Shown: positions 40,199-49,442 of the stretch, one piece after another
Position numbering within the stretch: the stretch's first letter is position 1
How the letters are laid out: the number at the start of each line of letters is the position of its first letter
DNA from: Pyrinomonadaceae bacterium
GTDB taxonomy: Bacteria; Acidobacteriota; Blastocatellia; Pyrinomonadales; Pyrinomonadaceae
Assembly (NCBI GenBank): GCA_035563535.1
Contig: DATMVD010000010.1
Location: 186,222-250,221 of the forward strand
Length of the DNA: 64,000 bases
Direction of reading: 5' to 3'
Program-made: the position numbers and the translations under genes
Notes under the pieces: model-generated
The model's input: only the letters and a program-made list of their open reading frames with translations
Databases searched by the model: none
Told to the model about the DNA's origin: nothing

Positions 40199-41740
40199 AT
40201 GAACACGCAGAGAAGTCGGAGACTAATCACCCCAACCATCATCCTGCTAATTCTCTGCGCGGCCGTCCCCGCCCGCCCGCAGGGGGGCGCGCGCCGCGCC
40301 GAAGACGTTTGGGGGCCGCGCTACAAGCCCGCGGCGGTTCAGCCGGCCAAGCCGAAACACCCTTCGCCGCACGACACGCTCACGATGCTCCGCCACTGGA
40401 ACGAAGTCGCCATCAACTCCAGCGGCCTTGACCACACGCCCGTCCTCCCCGGCGACCCGCGCGTCTTCGGCGAGCAGCTCGGGCCGGCCCGCGCCAGCCG
40501 CGCCATCGCCATCGTCCACATCGCCGTCTTCGAGGCCGTCAACGCCATCAAGGGCGGCTACCGGAGTTACGTCGGGGTCCCGAAGGGCAGCCCCAGCGCC
40601 TCCGTGGACGCCGCCATCGCGCAGGCCGCGCACGACACGCTGAACGCACTCTTCCCCTCGCAGGCCGCGGCCTGCACCCAGCTTCTCATCGAAGACCTCG
40701 CGCGCATCAAGGAAGGAAAGCAGAAGGCGGAAGGCATTCGCATCGGCCAGCAGGCGGCGGCGGCGACCCTGGCGCTGCGCGCCGGCGACGGCTCGCTGCA
40801 CGACGAGCCGCGCGTCGGCTTCGAGTTCATTACGAGCGACGACCCGGGTAAGTGGCGCCGGGACCCCATCAGCATGATCCCGCTCGCGCTCGGCGCGCAC
40901 TGGTCTGAGGTCACGCCGTTCGTCATGCAGTCCGCGTCGCAGTTCCGCACCCCGCCCCCGCCGGCGCTCGACAGTCCCGAGTACGCCGCGGCCTTCGAGG
41001 AGGTGCAGCGGCTCGGCGGCGACGGCATCAACACGCCCACCGTGCGGACGCCCGAGCAGACCGAGATCGGCATCTACTGGGCCTACGACGGCACGCCGAG
41101 CCTTTGCGCGCCGCCGCGCCTCTACAACCAGATCGCCGTCCAGATCGCCCGGCAGATGCGCTCCGACGCCGTCGAGACGGCGCGCCTGCTCGCGCTCCTC
41201 AACACGGCGCTGGCCGACGCCGGGGTGGCCTCGTGGGAGTCGAAGTACTACTACCAGTTCTGGCGCCCCATCACGGGCATCCGCGAGTCGGACGCCGGGA
41301 CGGGGCCGACGGGCCTGGGCGACGGCAACGGCGCGACGTTCGGCGACCCGAACTTTACGCCGCTGGGCGCGCCCGCCTCGAACCTGACGGGGCCGAACTT
41401 CACGCCGCCGTTCCCCGCCTACCCCTCGGGGCACGCCGTCTTCGGCGGCGCGCTCTTCCAGACGCTGCGCAAGTTCTACGGCACAGACCGCATACCCTTC
41501 ACCTTCGTCTCCGACGAGTTGAACGGCGTCACGGTCGGCAACGACGGGGTGACGCGCGCGTTTTCGCCGCGCAGCTTCGAGACGCTCTCCGAGGCGGAGG
41601 AGGAGAACGGCCAGAGCCGCATCTACCTCGGCATCCACTGGGCCTTCGACAAGACCGAGGGCATCACACAGGGGAGGCGCGTGGCCGACTACGTCTTCGC
41701 CAATGCCTTCACGCCCCTGCGCGGGCCGAACAAGAAGTGA
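40199..41740 (+). CDS. Secreted vanadium-dependent haloperoxidase-like / PAP2-superfamily protein
   Basis: 513 aa from MNTQRS. AGGAG lies 7 nt upstream and a signal peptide is present. PAP2 motifs KYYYQFWRP (KX6RP), PSGH and SRIYLGIHWAFD (SRX5HX3D) are present. Confidence 0.7.
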   Translation: MNTQRSRRLITPTIILLILCAAVPARPQGGARRAEDVWGPRYKPAAVQPAKPKHPSPHDTLTMLRHWNEVAINSSGLDHTPVLPGDPRVFGEQLGPARASRAIAIVHIAVFEAVNAIKGGYRSYVGVPKGSPSASVDAAIAQAAHDTLNALFPSQAAACTQLLIEDLARIKEGKQKAEGIRIGQQAAAATLALRAGDGSLHDEPRVGFEFITSDDPGKWRRDPISMIPLALGAHWSEVTPFVMQSASQFRTPPPPALDSPEYAAAFEEVQRLGGDGINTPTVRTPEQTEIGIYWAYDGTPSLCAPPRLYNQIAVQIARQMRSDAVETARLLALLNTALADAGVASWESKYYYQFWRPITGIRESDAGTGPTGLGDGNGATFGDPNFTPLGAPASNLTGPNFTPPFPAYPSGHAVFGGALFQTLRKFYGTDRIPFTFVSDELNGVTVGNDGVTRAFSPRSFETLSEAEEENGQSRIYLGIHWAFDKTEGITQGRRVADYVFANAFTPLRGPNKK

Positions 41741-41753
41741 GCTAAAGAGCCCG

Positions 41754-41790
41754 GGTCAGGGCCACCCGCGGTAATGGGTGGCCCTGACCA
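41754..41790. repeat. Short family-E-like palindrome (GGGTCAGGGCCACCCGCGGTAATGGGTGGCCCTGACC) after the haloperoxidase-like gene; likely a terminator
   Basis: Perfect 15-bp stem seen directly. Confidence 0.7.
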
Positions 41791-42084
41791 TTATGGCGTT
41801 CTCACTCGACGAACCGACCCCCGAGCCTCCTCATACCAAATAGTGCTCGGCCTGCACCATCTGGCATAGGCGCGTCGATGCCGTCCCGCTTCATTCCATG
41901 AAAATGTCCTGACAAGCTTCTTCACGTTCTCAAACTTCGACGACGGGCACGTGCTTTGCACCGGCCGCGGGCAAAGGACGAAAGCCCCCGCGAGTTCTCT
42001 TCCCGCCGGGGAAGCAAGGCTTCGTCCGCCCTGAATCTGCCCCCAAGCAGAGCCCGTTTCGTTCGCAACGAAGGAGCGTCCAGT

Positions 42085-44373
42085 ATGCGTTCTCGTCTCT
42101 CCGGGCCGACCGTTCTCCTCCTGTTTCTCTTAACAATCTTTCTGCTGAGCGCGGTGGCGCGCGCCGAAGACACCGTCAACGACGAAGACGAGTACGAGGA
42201 GCGCGCGCGCGTCATGCGCATCAGCCTCCTCAAGGGCGAGGTCAGCCTCAAGCGCGCGGGCAACGACGAGTGGGAGGACGCGCGCCTGAACGCGCCGCTC
42301 GTCGAGGGCGACGTGCTCTCCACGGGCCGCGACGCGCGCCTGGAGATACAGGCCGACGCGCGCAACTTCGTCCGCGTCGGCCCCGACTCCGTCATCCGCG
42401 TCGTCACGCTCCGCGACGAGGGCGTCGCGCTCAGCCTCTCCGAAGGCACGGCCACCGTCCGCCTCTCGCGCCTGGACAAGGCCAAGGAATACTTCGAGCT
42501 TGACGCGCCCGGCGTGACCGTCGCCCCCGAGCGCGTCGGCCAGTACCGCGTCGATGTCGAGCAGGGCGGCGCGGTGCGCGTCACCGTGCGCGAGGACGGG
42601 CGCGCGCGCATCTACTCGCAGAACTCGGGCTTCGTCCTGCGCAACAACCGCACGGCGCGGCTCGCGCCCGACGGCTCGGGCGAGAGCGACTGGGAGTTCG
42701 CGTCGGCCGCGGGGTTCGACGAGTGGGACACATGGAACGACGACCGCGAGCGCTACCTCGCCGAGCGCCTGAAGTTCGAGGGGCGCGAGCGCTACTACGA
42801 CTCGGACGTGTACGGCGCGGAGGAGCTGGACGCCTACGGCGACTGGACGTACCACAAAGACTACGGCTACATCTGGCGGCCGCACACGACCGCCGTCAAC
42901 GTCTATAACGACTGGGCCCCGTACCGCTACGGGCGCTGGGTCTGGTGCCCGCCTTACGGCTGGACGTGGGTGGCGGACGAGCCCTGGGGCTGGGCCCCCT
43001 ATCACTACGGCCGCTGGGTCTACGTCAACAACAACTGGTGCTGGGCCCCGCGCGGCTACGGCTACCGCTACCGGCGCGCGTGGTGGAGGCCGGCGCTCGT
43101 CGTCTTCGTCACGCTCGACTTCGGGCGCGACCGGCACGTCTGCTGGTATCCGCTCACCTACGGCCAGCGCGACCCGCGCGGCCGCCACTGGGCGCGCGGC
43201 TACGACCGCCTTTCGCCGCTGCGCGGGCGCGACCTCGCACACCTACGCCGACAGAACCCGCACTGGCTGCGCGCCGTCTCGCACGCGCCCGCGCGAGAGT
43301 TCGGCGACCGTGCTTTAAGAGCGAGACCCGCGGCCCGCGACATCGCCGAGCGCGCACTCACGGGCGAGCCCGTGCGCGGGCACCTGCCCGTCGAGCGCGC
43401 AGGCTCCGTGCGCGGCGGGCCGCGCGTGGGGGGCGCGAGGACGGCCGGCGGGGACGGGCGCGACACTCTGACGATCAACCGCCCGACTCCCGTCATGCCC
43501 CCGCGCGCCGTCGCAGACCGCCCGACCGGAGCCGCCGCGCGCACGCCCGGCGTCCCCCTCGACGGCGAGTTGCGCCGCACGCGCGTCTTCAACAACCGCG
43601 AGCCGCGCGTGCCTTCGACGCCCGACGTGACGAGCGGCAGCAGCACGACGCCCGTCGGCGGCGACCCGGGCGTGAGCACCGGCGCGTTCGAGCGCCCGCG
43701 CTCCTCCGGCACTCCCGGCACAAGCCCGGGCGGCGAATCGGCGCGCCCCGCGCGCGTGCGTCCCACACGCCCCGACGTGCCCACGGAGTCCGCGCCCGGC
43801 GGCGGGGGCGCGTCCAATGACGACGCCGTGTCGCCCAAGCGCCGCGTGCGTAACACCGGAGGTGGCGGAGACAACGGCGAGCCGCGCGTCCGACCCACGC
43901 AGCCTTCGTCCGACCAGCCGACCTCCGAAGCCCCGCGCGAGACGCGGCCTCGGGAAGACGGCTCAAGCCCCGTCTACCGCCCGCGCCACGAGCCGCGCAT
44001 ACGGCCGCGCGAAGATGACGGCGGCGGCTCCTCCGCCCCGCCGCGACGCGAGGAGTCTGCGCCGCGACGCGAAGCGCCCTCCTACAACCCCGAGCCTTCG
44101 CCGCCGCGCGAGTCGCCCGCGCCCCGGCGCGAAGCCCCCGCCGAGCCGAGACGCGAGTCGCCGCGCTACGAAGCGCCGCGCTCCGAGCCGCGCCGCGAAC
44201 AGCCGCGACAGGAGTCGCCGCGCTACGAGGCCCCGCGGCAGGAGGCTCCGCGCCACGACCCTCCTCCCCGTAATGACCCGCCGCCCCGTCAGGAGGCCCC
44301 TCGACAAGAGGCCCCGCGCCAGCGCGACCCGGACGCGCCGCGGCCGGGTAAGGTGAGGCCGGACAACCGCTGA
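42085..44373 (+). CDS. FecR-domain protein with a Trp/Tyr-rich DUF6600-like domain and a long Pro/Arg/Glu-rich repetitive tail
   Basis: 762 aa from MRSRLSGPTVLLLF. AAGGAG lies 8 nt upstream and a signal peptide is present. A FecR-like segment is followed by YGYIWRPH...WAPYRYGRWVW...WGWAPYHYGRWVY. The tail is tandem ESPRYEAPR-type repeats. Confidence 0.65.
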   Translation: MRSRLSGPTVLLLFLLTIFLLSAVARAEDTVNDEDEYEERARVMRISLLKGEVSLKRAGNDEWEDARLNAPLVEGDVLSTGRDARLEIQADARNFVRVGPDSVIRVVTLRDEGVALSLSEGTATVRLSRLDKAKEYFELDAPGVTVAPERVGQYRVDVEQGGAVRVTVREDGRARIYSQNSGFVLRNNRTARLAPDGSGESDWEFASAAGFDEWDTWNDDRERYLAERLKFEGRERYYDSDVYGAEELDAYGDWTYHKDYGYIWRPHTTAVNVYNDWAPYRYGRWVWCPPYGWTWVADEPWGWAPYHYGRWVYVNNNWCWAPRGYGYRYRRAWWRPALVVFVTLDFGRDRHVCWYPLTYGQRDPRGRHWARGYDRLSPLRGRDLAHLRRQNPHWLRAVSHAPAREFGDRALRARPAARDIAERALTGEPVRGHLPVERAGSVRGGPRVGGARTAGGDGRDTLTINRPTPVMPPRAVADRPTGAAARTPGVPLDGELRRTRVFNNREPRVPSTPDVTSGSSTTPVGGDPGVSTGAFERPRSSGTPGTSPGGESARPARVRPTRPDVPTESAPGGGGASNDDAVSPKRRVRNTGGGGDNGEPRVRPTQPSSDQPTSEAPRETRPREDGSSPVYRPRHEPRIRPREDDGGGSSAPPRREESAPRREAPSYNPEPSPPRESPAPRREAPAEPRRESPRYEAPRSEPRREQPRQESPRYEAPRQEAPRHDPPPRNDPPPRQEAPRQEAPRQRDPDAPRPGKVRPDNR
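44000..44340 (+). repeat. Tandem coding repeats (PRREAP / ESPRYEAPR / QEAPR units) in the tail of the FecR-domain protein
   Basis: Direct nucleotide and peptide repeats seen. Confidence 0.7.
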
Positions 44374-44486
44374 CCCGAGAGTCGGAGGCGCGAGACGGGG
44401 CCTCGCGCCTCCGCTTGGCGGCGGCCGCAGCGCCGCGCGGACACGACCGACGCAACTCGTCGCACGACGCCGCGGCCGCCGCAGAA

Positions 44487-44606
44487 ACAGTAGGCAGTAG
44501 GCAGATGGCAGTAGGCAGTCGCTCCGCGCCAAGGGTGTTGTAGGGAAACTCGCGTCTTGACCGCAGGGCTTCCAACTGCCTACTGCCTTCTGCCTACTGC
44601 CTACTC
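44487..44606. repeat. Family-B variant palindromic element (arms of GTAGGCAGTAGGCAG units)
   Basis: Left arm CAGTAGGCAGTAGGCAGATGGCAGTAGGCAGTC and right arm CTGCCTACTGCCTTCTGCCTACTGCCTACT. Lies between the FecR-protein stop and the next gene's start. Confidence 0.75.
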
Positions 44607-44631
44607 TCCTTTACAGCCGAAAGGATTTTCG

Positions 44632-46710
44632 ATGCGCGCCCGCTCACACCTCGTCGTGCTCGTCTCTGCCCTGTCACTCCTGTGCGTCGCTGCCCCGCCC
44701 CCGCGCGTCGGCAGCGCGCAGGCTCCGTCGGTGAAGAAGTACAGACCCGACCGCCGACGCGCGCTCGCCTCGCGCGTAAGCATCGGCGAGACGCCGTCGC
44801 GCCCCAACGCTTACACGCCCAAAGGCAGACGTACGGACAGACAGACGGTCGCGCGGCCTTTGAATCAGAACGCGGGGTCAAGACAGCGCCCGCCCGCGCG
44901 CGCCATGCGAGCCACGAAGGGCGCGGGGAAAGAGAAGGCACGCGCTTCGACCCAGACCTTACGCGCGAACCCTTCGGCGGCCATCGCGCCGGGGACGCCT
45001 CTGAGCCGCGTGCTGCACGTCTCGCAGTTGAGCCTTGTGAGTCCCGATGGCACGCACGAAGAGTTCGTTGACCGCGACGGCGACCTGCGGGCGGACGACC
45101 GAGCGACCTTCGACGCGGACGGCGGCTCCTACGACATCGCCGTCGGCCGCACGGGCGCGCGCTACGAAGTCTTCACCGCCATCGACGACCGCGGAACCTC
45201 CACGACCTCGGACGACGTTGCGACCGGCATCCTCGTCCTCGCCTTAGACACCAACGGCGACTACGTGCGCGACGCCGCCTCGACCTACGACCTCGGCCGC
45301 GACTTCGGACTGCCTTCGGCCGTCGCCGTCGTCGCCGGCACGTCGAAGGCGGGGCGCGAGTTCGTCGTCGTCTCCTCAAGCGGCTTCTACAACAACGAAG
45401 ACCCAAACGACCCGGACAACGAAGAGTCGCCCGGCGTCGTCCTGCTCGTGCGCGACCCCTCGACCGGCGGCTTCGACCCCTCGCGCTCGCGCACGCTCGT
45501 CGAGGTAGGCAGTGACCGCCTCTTCAACGCCAACGGCCTCGCGCTCCTCCCCGACGGCGACCTCCTCGTCGCAGACTTCGAGTCGAACGAGCTGCGCGTC
45601 GTCCGCGACACGAACGACGACGGCGTGCCCGACACGCTCGACGCGCAGCCCTTCTACTCGTTCCCCTTCGACACCGACGCGCCGCTCGACGTGGCGGCCA
45701 ACTCGCGCGGCGTCGTCTTCACGCACTCGACGGGCAACGACACCTACATGCTCGCCCTCTACGACACGGACGGCGACGGCTACGCCGACGTAGACGAAAT
45801 TTGCGTCGAGGGACTGTCAATCGACAACAACCTCGTCCTCCACGGCCTGACGGTCTCACGCGAGGGGACGGTCTTCGTCATCCAGGACGCGATGGGCGAG
45901 AGCGACCTCGCGGAAGACGGCGGCAACGGAGGCATCCCGCACGTCTACGCCTTCCCCGACCCGGCGCTCAACGGCGTGCTGCGCGACGGGGCCGCCTTCG
46001 TCCTCGCCGACGACGAGTTCACGCAGGCTTACTCCGGGCTCGCCTTCGGCGTCGAGACCGTGCTCCCTTCGGTCGCGCGCCTCTCGGCGACCAACAGCGC
46101 GAGCCTGCAAGGCGACCCGCCGACCGGCGGCCTCGCGACCATCACGGGCGCGGGGCTGACGCGCGGCTTCAGCGGCGCGACGCAGGCCGAGGCGACGACG
46201 CGCGCCGTCCGCGTGACGATTGAAGGACTGGAAGTCCCCGTCCTCTCCTTCGACGACTCGAAGGTTCACGTCCACGTCCCCGACGCGCTCGGCACGGGCG
46301 TCGGCTCCGTGATCGTCACAGTCAACGGCAACGTGACGGCCGCCGACGACGCGACATTCGTCAGCGCCAACCCCGGCCTCTTCACCGTCCCGCAGACGGG
46401 CACGGGCGAGGCGGTCGCGCTGCTCGTCTCCGGCATGCTCTACACGAGCGCGCCCTTCCCCGCGCGCACCGCAGGCGCCGCGTCCGAGGTCGCGCTCTTC
46501 GGCACGGGCTGGCGCAACTCTTTGCCCGTCACGGTGCAGATCGGCGGCAAGGCGGCCAAGGTCAACTACGCCGGCCCCTCCGGCGGCTTCGGCGGCCTCG
46601 ACCAGATCAACGCCGTCATCCCCGACGGCGTCAACGGCCCGGCCGCCGTCGTCGTCACCACCTCCAACGGCGCGACCGGCCGCACAGGCGTCTTCATCAC
46701 CGTGCAATGA
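44632..46710 (+). CDS. Secreted repeat protein (DxDGDG / NHL-like propeller-type repeats) with a C-terminal TIGR03437/Soli_Cterm-like domain
   Basis: 692 aa from MRARSHLVVLVSALSLLCVAAP. AAAGGA lies 8 nt upstream. The C-terminus (...AVIPDGVNGPAAVVVTTSNGATGRTGVFITVQ) resembles the Solibacter-type C-terminal domain, an assignment made from memory. Confidence 0.55.
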   Translation: MRARSHLVVLVSALSLLCVAAPPPRVGSAQAPSVKKYRPDRRRALASRVSIGETPSRPNAYTPKGRRTDRQTVARPLNQNAGSRQRPPARAMRATKGAGKEKARASTQTLRANPSAAIAPGTPLSRVLHVSQLSLVSPDGTHEEFVDRDGDLRADDRATFDADGGSYDIAVGRTGARYEVFTAIDDRGTSTTSDDVATGILVLALDTNGDYVRDAASTYDLGRDFGLPSAVAVVAGTSKAGREFVVVSSSGFYNNEDPNDPDNEESPGVVLLVRDPSTGGFDPSRSRTLVEVGSDRLFNANGLALLPDGDLLVADFESNELRVVRDTNDDGVPDTLDAQPFYSFPFDTDAPLDVAANSRGVVFTHSTGNDTYMLALYDTDGDGYADVDEICVEGLSIDNNLVLHGLTVSREGTVFVIQDAMGESDLAEDGGNGGIPHVYAFPDPALNGVLRDGAAFVLADDEFTQAYSGLAFGVETVLPSVARLSATNSASLQGDPPTGGLATITGAGLTRGFSGATQAEATTRAVRVTIEGLEVPVLSFDDSKVHVHVPDALGTGVGSVIVTVNGNVTAADDATFVSANPGLFTVPQTGTGEAVALLVSGMLYTSAPFPARTAGAASEVALFGTGWRNSLPVTVQIGGKAAKVNYAGPSGGFGGLDQINAVIPDGVNGPAAVVVTTSNGATGRTGVFITVQ

Positions 46711-46719
46711 AGCGGAAGC

Positions 46720-46754
46720 GCGTTAGTGTTATAGTCGCCCTCAACACTAACGCG
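46720..46754. promoter_or_regulatory. Hairpin (CGCGTTAGTGTT-loop-AACACTAACGCG) ending 2 nt before the ATG of the DSD1 gene
   Basis: 12-bp perfect stem seen directly. It could terminate the upstream gene, mask the RBS region, or both. Confidence 0.45.
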
Positions 46755-46755
46755 T

Positions 46756-47877
46756 ATGGACTTGAACAACATCAAGACGCCGTCCCTCGTCCTCGACGTG
46801 GAGCGTGTGCGGCGCAACGCCGCGCGGATGTCCGAGCGCATCAGGGGGCTCGGCGCGAGCCTGCGCCCGCACGTCAAGACGCACAAGTGCGTGGAGGTGG
46901 CGCGCATCCAGACCGAAGGGCAGACGGGCGGCATCACCGTCTCGACGCTCGCCGAGGCTCACGCCTTCGCGGCGCACGGCTTTAAGGACATCACCTACGC
47001 GGTGCCCGTCGAGCCGGGGAAGTTCGACGAGGCGATTGAGTTGTCGAAGCTCTGCGAACGTTTCGCGCTCCTCACGGACGACGTGAGCATCCCGCCGCTG
47101 CTCGACGACGCGGCGCGGGGCGCGGGCGTCGTGCTCGACCTATTCATGAAGGTTGACTGCGGCTACCACCGCGTCGGCGTCGAGCCCGACCGGCCCGAAG
47201 CGCTCGAAATCCCGCGCCGCATCGACGACGCGGCGAACCTCCGCTTCGCCGGCATCCTCACGCACGCCGGCCACTCCTACCACGCGCGCTCGCGCGAAGA
47301 GCTTCTCGCAATCGCGCGCCGCGAGCGCGACGTGATGACGGAGTTCGCCGCGCGCCTGCGTGCGGACGGCGTCGAAGTCCCCGTCGTCAGCGTCGGCTCG
47401 ACCCCGACCGCGACCCACTACGACCACCTCGAAGGCGTGGACGAGGCGCGCCCCGGAAACTACATCTTCTTCGACGCCTTCCAGGCCACGCTCGGCAGTT
47501 GCACGTTCGCGGACTGCGCGCTGACGGTGCTCGCGGCGGTCGTCCACCGCGACCGCGCGCGCCGCAAGGTCGTCCTCGACGCCGGAGCCATCGCGCTCTC
47601 GAAAGACCGCGGCCCCGTCGAGTTCGACGCCTCGTGCGGCTACGGTCGCGTGCTCGACCTTGAAGGCGCGGAGACGGGCCTGCGCGTCGGCGCTCTCTCG
47701 CAGGAGCACGGCGAGGTCTCGGTCGAAGACGGCCGTCTGCTCGACGCGCTCCGCGTCGGCGCGCGCGTCAGAATCTTAGCCAATCACTCGTGCCTCTCCG
47801 CCGCGCAGCACGCGCACTACCACGTCGTCGAAGGCTCGCGCGTCGTTGACCGCTGGGAGATTCAACGCGGGTGGTGA
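46756..47877 (+). CDS. DSD1-family PLP-dependent enzyme (alanine-racemase-N-domain; D-serine deaminase / D-threo-3-hydroxyaspartate dehydratase type)
   Basis: 373 aa. Has the PLP-lysine context RPHVKTHKC and family-wide similarity. Confidence 0.8.
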   Translation: MDLNNIKTPSLVLDVERVRRNAARMSERIRGLGASLRPHVKTHKCVEVARIQTEGQTGGITVSTLAEAHAFAAHGFKDITYAVPVEPGKFDEAIELSKLCERFALLTDDVSIPPLLDDAARGAGVVLDLFMKVDCGYHRVGVEPDRPEALEIPRRIDDAANLRFAGILTHAGHSYHARSREELLAIARRERDVMTEFAARLRADGVEVPVVSVGSTPTATHYDHLEGVDEARPGNYIFFDAFQATLGSCTFADCALTVLAAVVHRDRARRKVVLDAGAIALSKDRGPVEFDASCGYGRVLDLEGAETGLRVGALSQEHGEVSVEDGRLLDALRVGARVRILANHSCLSAAQHAHYHVVEGSRVVDRWEIQRGW

Positions 47878-47879
47878 GA

Positions 47880-48434
47880 ATGGCGGGGACTAATCTTCTA
47901 ACGCTCGAAGCTTTTCACGACGACGAAGAGCTGAACGTCGTCATCGAGACGCCGAAGGGGAGCCGCAACAAGTACGACTACGACGAGAGGCTCGGGCTCT
48001 TCAAGCTGGGCGGCGTGCTGCCGTCGGGGGCGTCTTTCCCTTTCGACTTCGGCTTCGTGCCTTCGACCTTGGGCGGCGACGGCGACCCGCTCGACGTGCT
48101 GGTGCTGATGGACGAGCCGGCGTTCGCTGGCTGCCTCGTCCGCACGCGGCTCGTCGGCGTCATCGAGGCCGAGCAGACCGAGCGCGACGGCGAGACGACG
48201 CGCAACGACCGCCTCGTCGGCGTCGCCGCCGACTCGCGCCTGCACACGCGCGTCCGCGGGCTCGAATCTTTAGGCGCGACCCTCCTCGAAGAGATCGAGC
48301 ATTTCTTCGTCTCCTACAACCAGGTCAAGGGCAAGGAGTTCAAACCCCTCGCACGCTCCGGCCCCGCGCGCGCGCGGGAGCTGGTCGAGGAAGGGATGAA
48401 GAAGTTTCGTCGGTCGAAGAGAAAAAAGCGCTAA
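47880..48434 (+). CDS. ppa: Inorganic pyrophosphatase
   Basis: 184 aa from MAGTNLL. Contains DGDPLDVLVL and the FF..Y.K region. Full-length similarity to family I PPases. Confidence 0.9.
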   Translation: MAGTNLLTLEAFHDDEELNVVIETPKGSRNKYDYDERLGLFKLGGVLPSGASFPFDFGFVPSTLGGDGDPLDVLVLMDEPAFAGCLVRTRLVGVIEAEQTERDGETTRNDRLVGVAADSRLHTRVRGLESLGATLLEEIEHFFVSYNQVKGKEFKPLARSGPARARELVEEGMKKFRRSKRKKR

Positions 48435-48527
48435 CAGAACCGCGAGCGGTAGCGAGCGGGTGCGTGATACAGCACAGAGGCATCTGCGTGTATCCCGCAC
48501 CCGCTCGCTACCGCTCGCGGTTCTGTT
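48433..48527. repeat. Family-D palindromic element (AACAGAACCGCGAGCGGTAGCGAGCGGGTGCG ... CGCACCCGCTCGCTACCGCTCGCGGTTCTGTT)
   Basis: 32-bp perfect arms overlapping the stop codons of convergent ppa and the esterase gene. Likely a bidirectional terminator. Confidence 0.85.
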
Positions 48528-49350
48528 ACTGCTTCGGGTACAGGTAGCGAAGTATCGGATCGACGCGCTGCGCCCAGGCGGTTTCGGTGTGGCGTGCGCC
48601 GTGGGCTTCGTGGTAGCGGAGGTCTCGGTCGAGGTTCCAGCCCTTGGCGAGGAGCGCGTCGCGCAGGAGCCGGGCGTCGTTGACGGCGCGCGGGCCTTCT
48701 TCCGTTCCCATGTCGAGCCAGATGCGCGCGCCGGTCTTTGACTCCAGCGACTTCACGTCGTTCAGGATGCGCCGGCCGTCCCACCAGACCGAAGGCGAGA
48801 CCACGGCTAGCTTGCCGAAGACGCCCGGGTGTCGCAGGCCGAGGTAGGCCGTCACCAGCCCGCCCAGGCTCGACCCGCCCAGCCCCGTGTCGCACGCGCC
48901 CGCGAGCGTGCGGTAGTGCGAGTCGATGAACGGCTTCAGCTCATCGACGATCAGGCGGCCGTAGAGGTCTGCCTTGCCGCCGACCTTCAGCCGCGGGCAG
49001 GTGCTCGGCGTGTACTCCTCGACGCGCGCGTGGCCGGTGTTGTAGATGCCGACGACGATGACGGGCTCGATGGCCTGTTCGCGGATGAGCGCGCCGGCCG
49101 TCTGCCCGACGCGCCAGTCCTGCCCCGGGATGTAGGCGGTCGCGCCGTCAAAGAGGTTCTGCCCGTCGTGCAGGTAGAGCACGGGGTAGCGCCGCGGCGC
49201 CTCCCGCTCGTAGCCGGGCGGCAGGTAGACGAGCACGTCGCGCGCGGTCGGCAGGAACTTCGAGCGGAACCTTGGGTGCTTGCGGAACTCGCCGTCCGGC
49301 ACGGGCGGCGCGGCGCAGTCGGTCTGCGATGTCGGGGTCGGGACGAGCAT
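48526..49350 (-). CDS. Esterase family protein (alpha/beta hydrolase, enterochelin-esterase-like)
   Basis: 274 aa from MLVPTPTSQ. Contains YLHDGQNLFD and GLGGSSLGG (GxSxG). The track ORF is extended upstream. Confidence 0.75.
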   Translation of the reverse strand: MLVPTPTSQTDCAAPPVPDGEFRKHPRFRSKFLPTARDVLVYLPPGYEREAPRRYPVLYLHDGQNLFDGATAYIPGQDWRVGQTAGALIREQAIEPVIVVGIYNTGHARVEEYTPSTCPRLKVGGKADLYGRLIVDELKPFIDSHYRTLAGACDTGLGGSSLGGLVTAYLGLRHPGVFGKLAVVSPSVWWDGRRILNDVKSLESKTGARIWLDMGTEEGPRAVNDARLLRDALLAKGWNLDRDLRYHEAHGARHTETAWAQRVDPILRYLYPKQ

Positions 49351-49442
49351 CGGTTTCGTTAAAGGCGCGCGCCCGACGGCCGCGGGCGTCGGGCGGCCCC
49401 GCAGGTGCTTATCGGCTTCGGTGTGCTTCCGGTCGAATCGGT

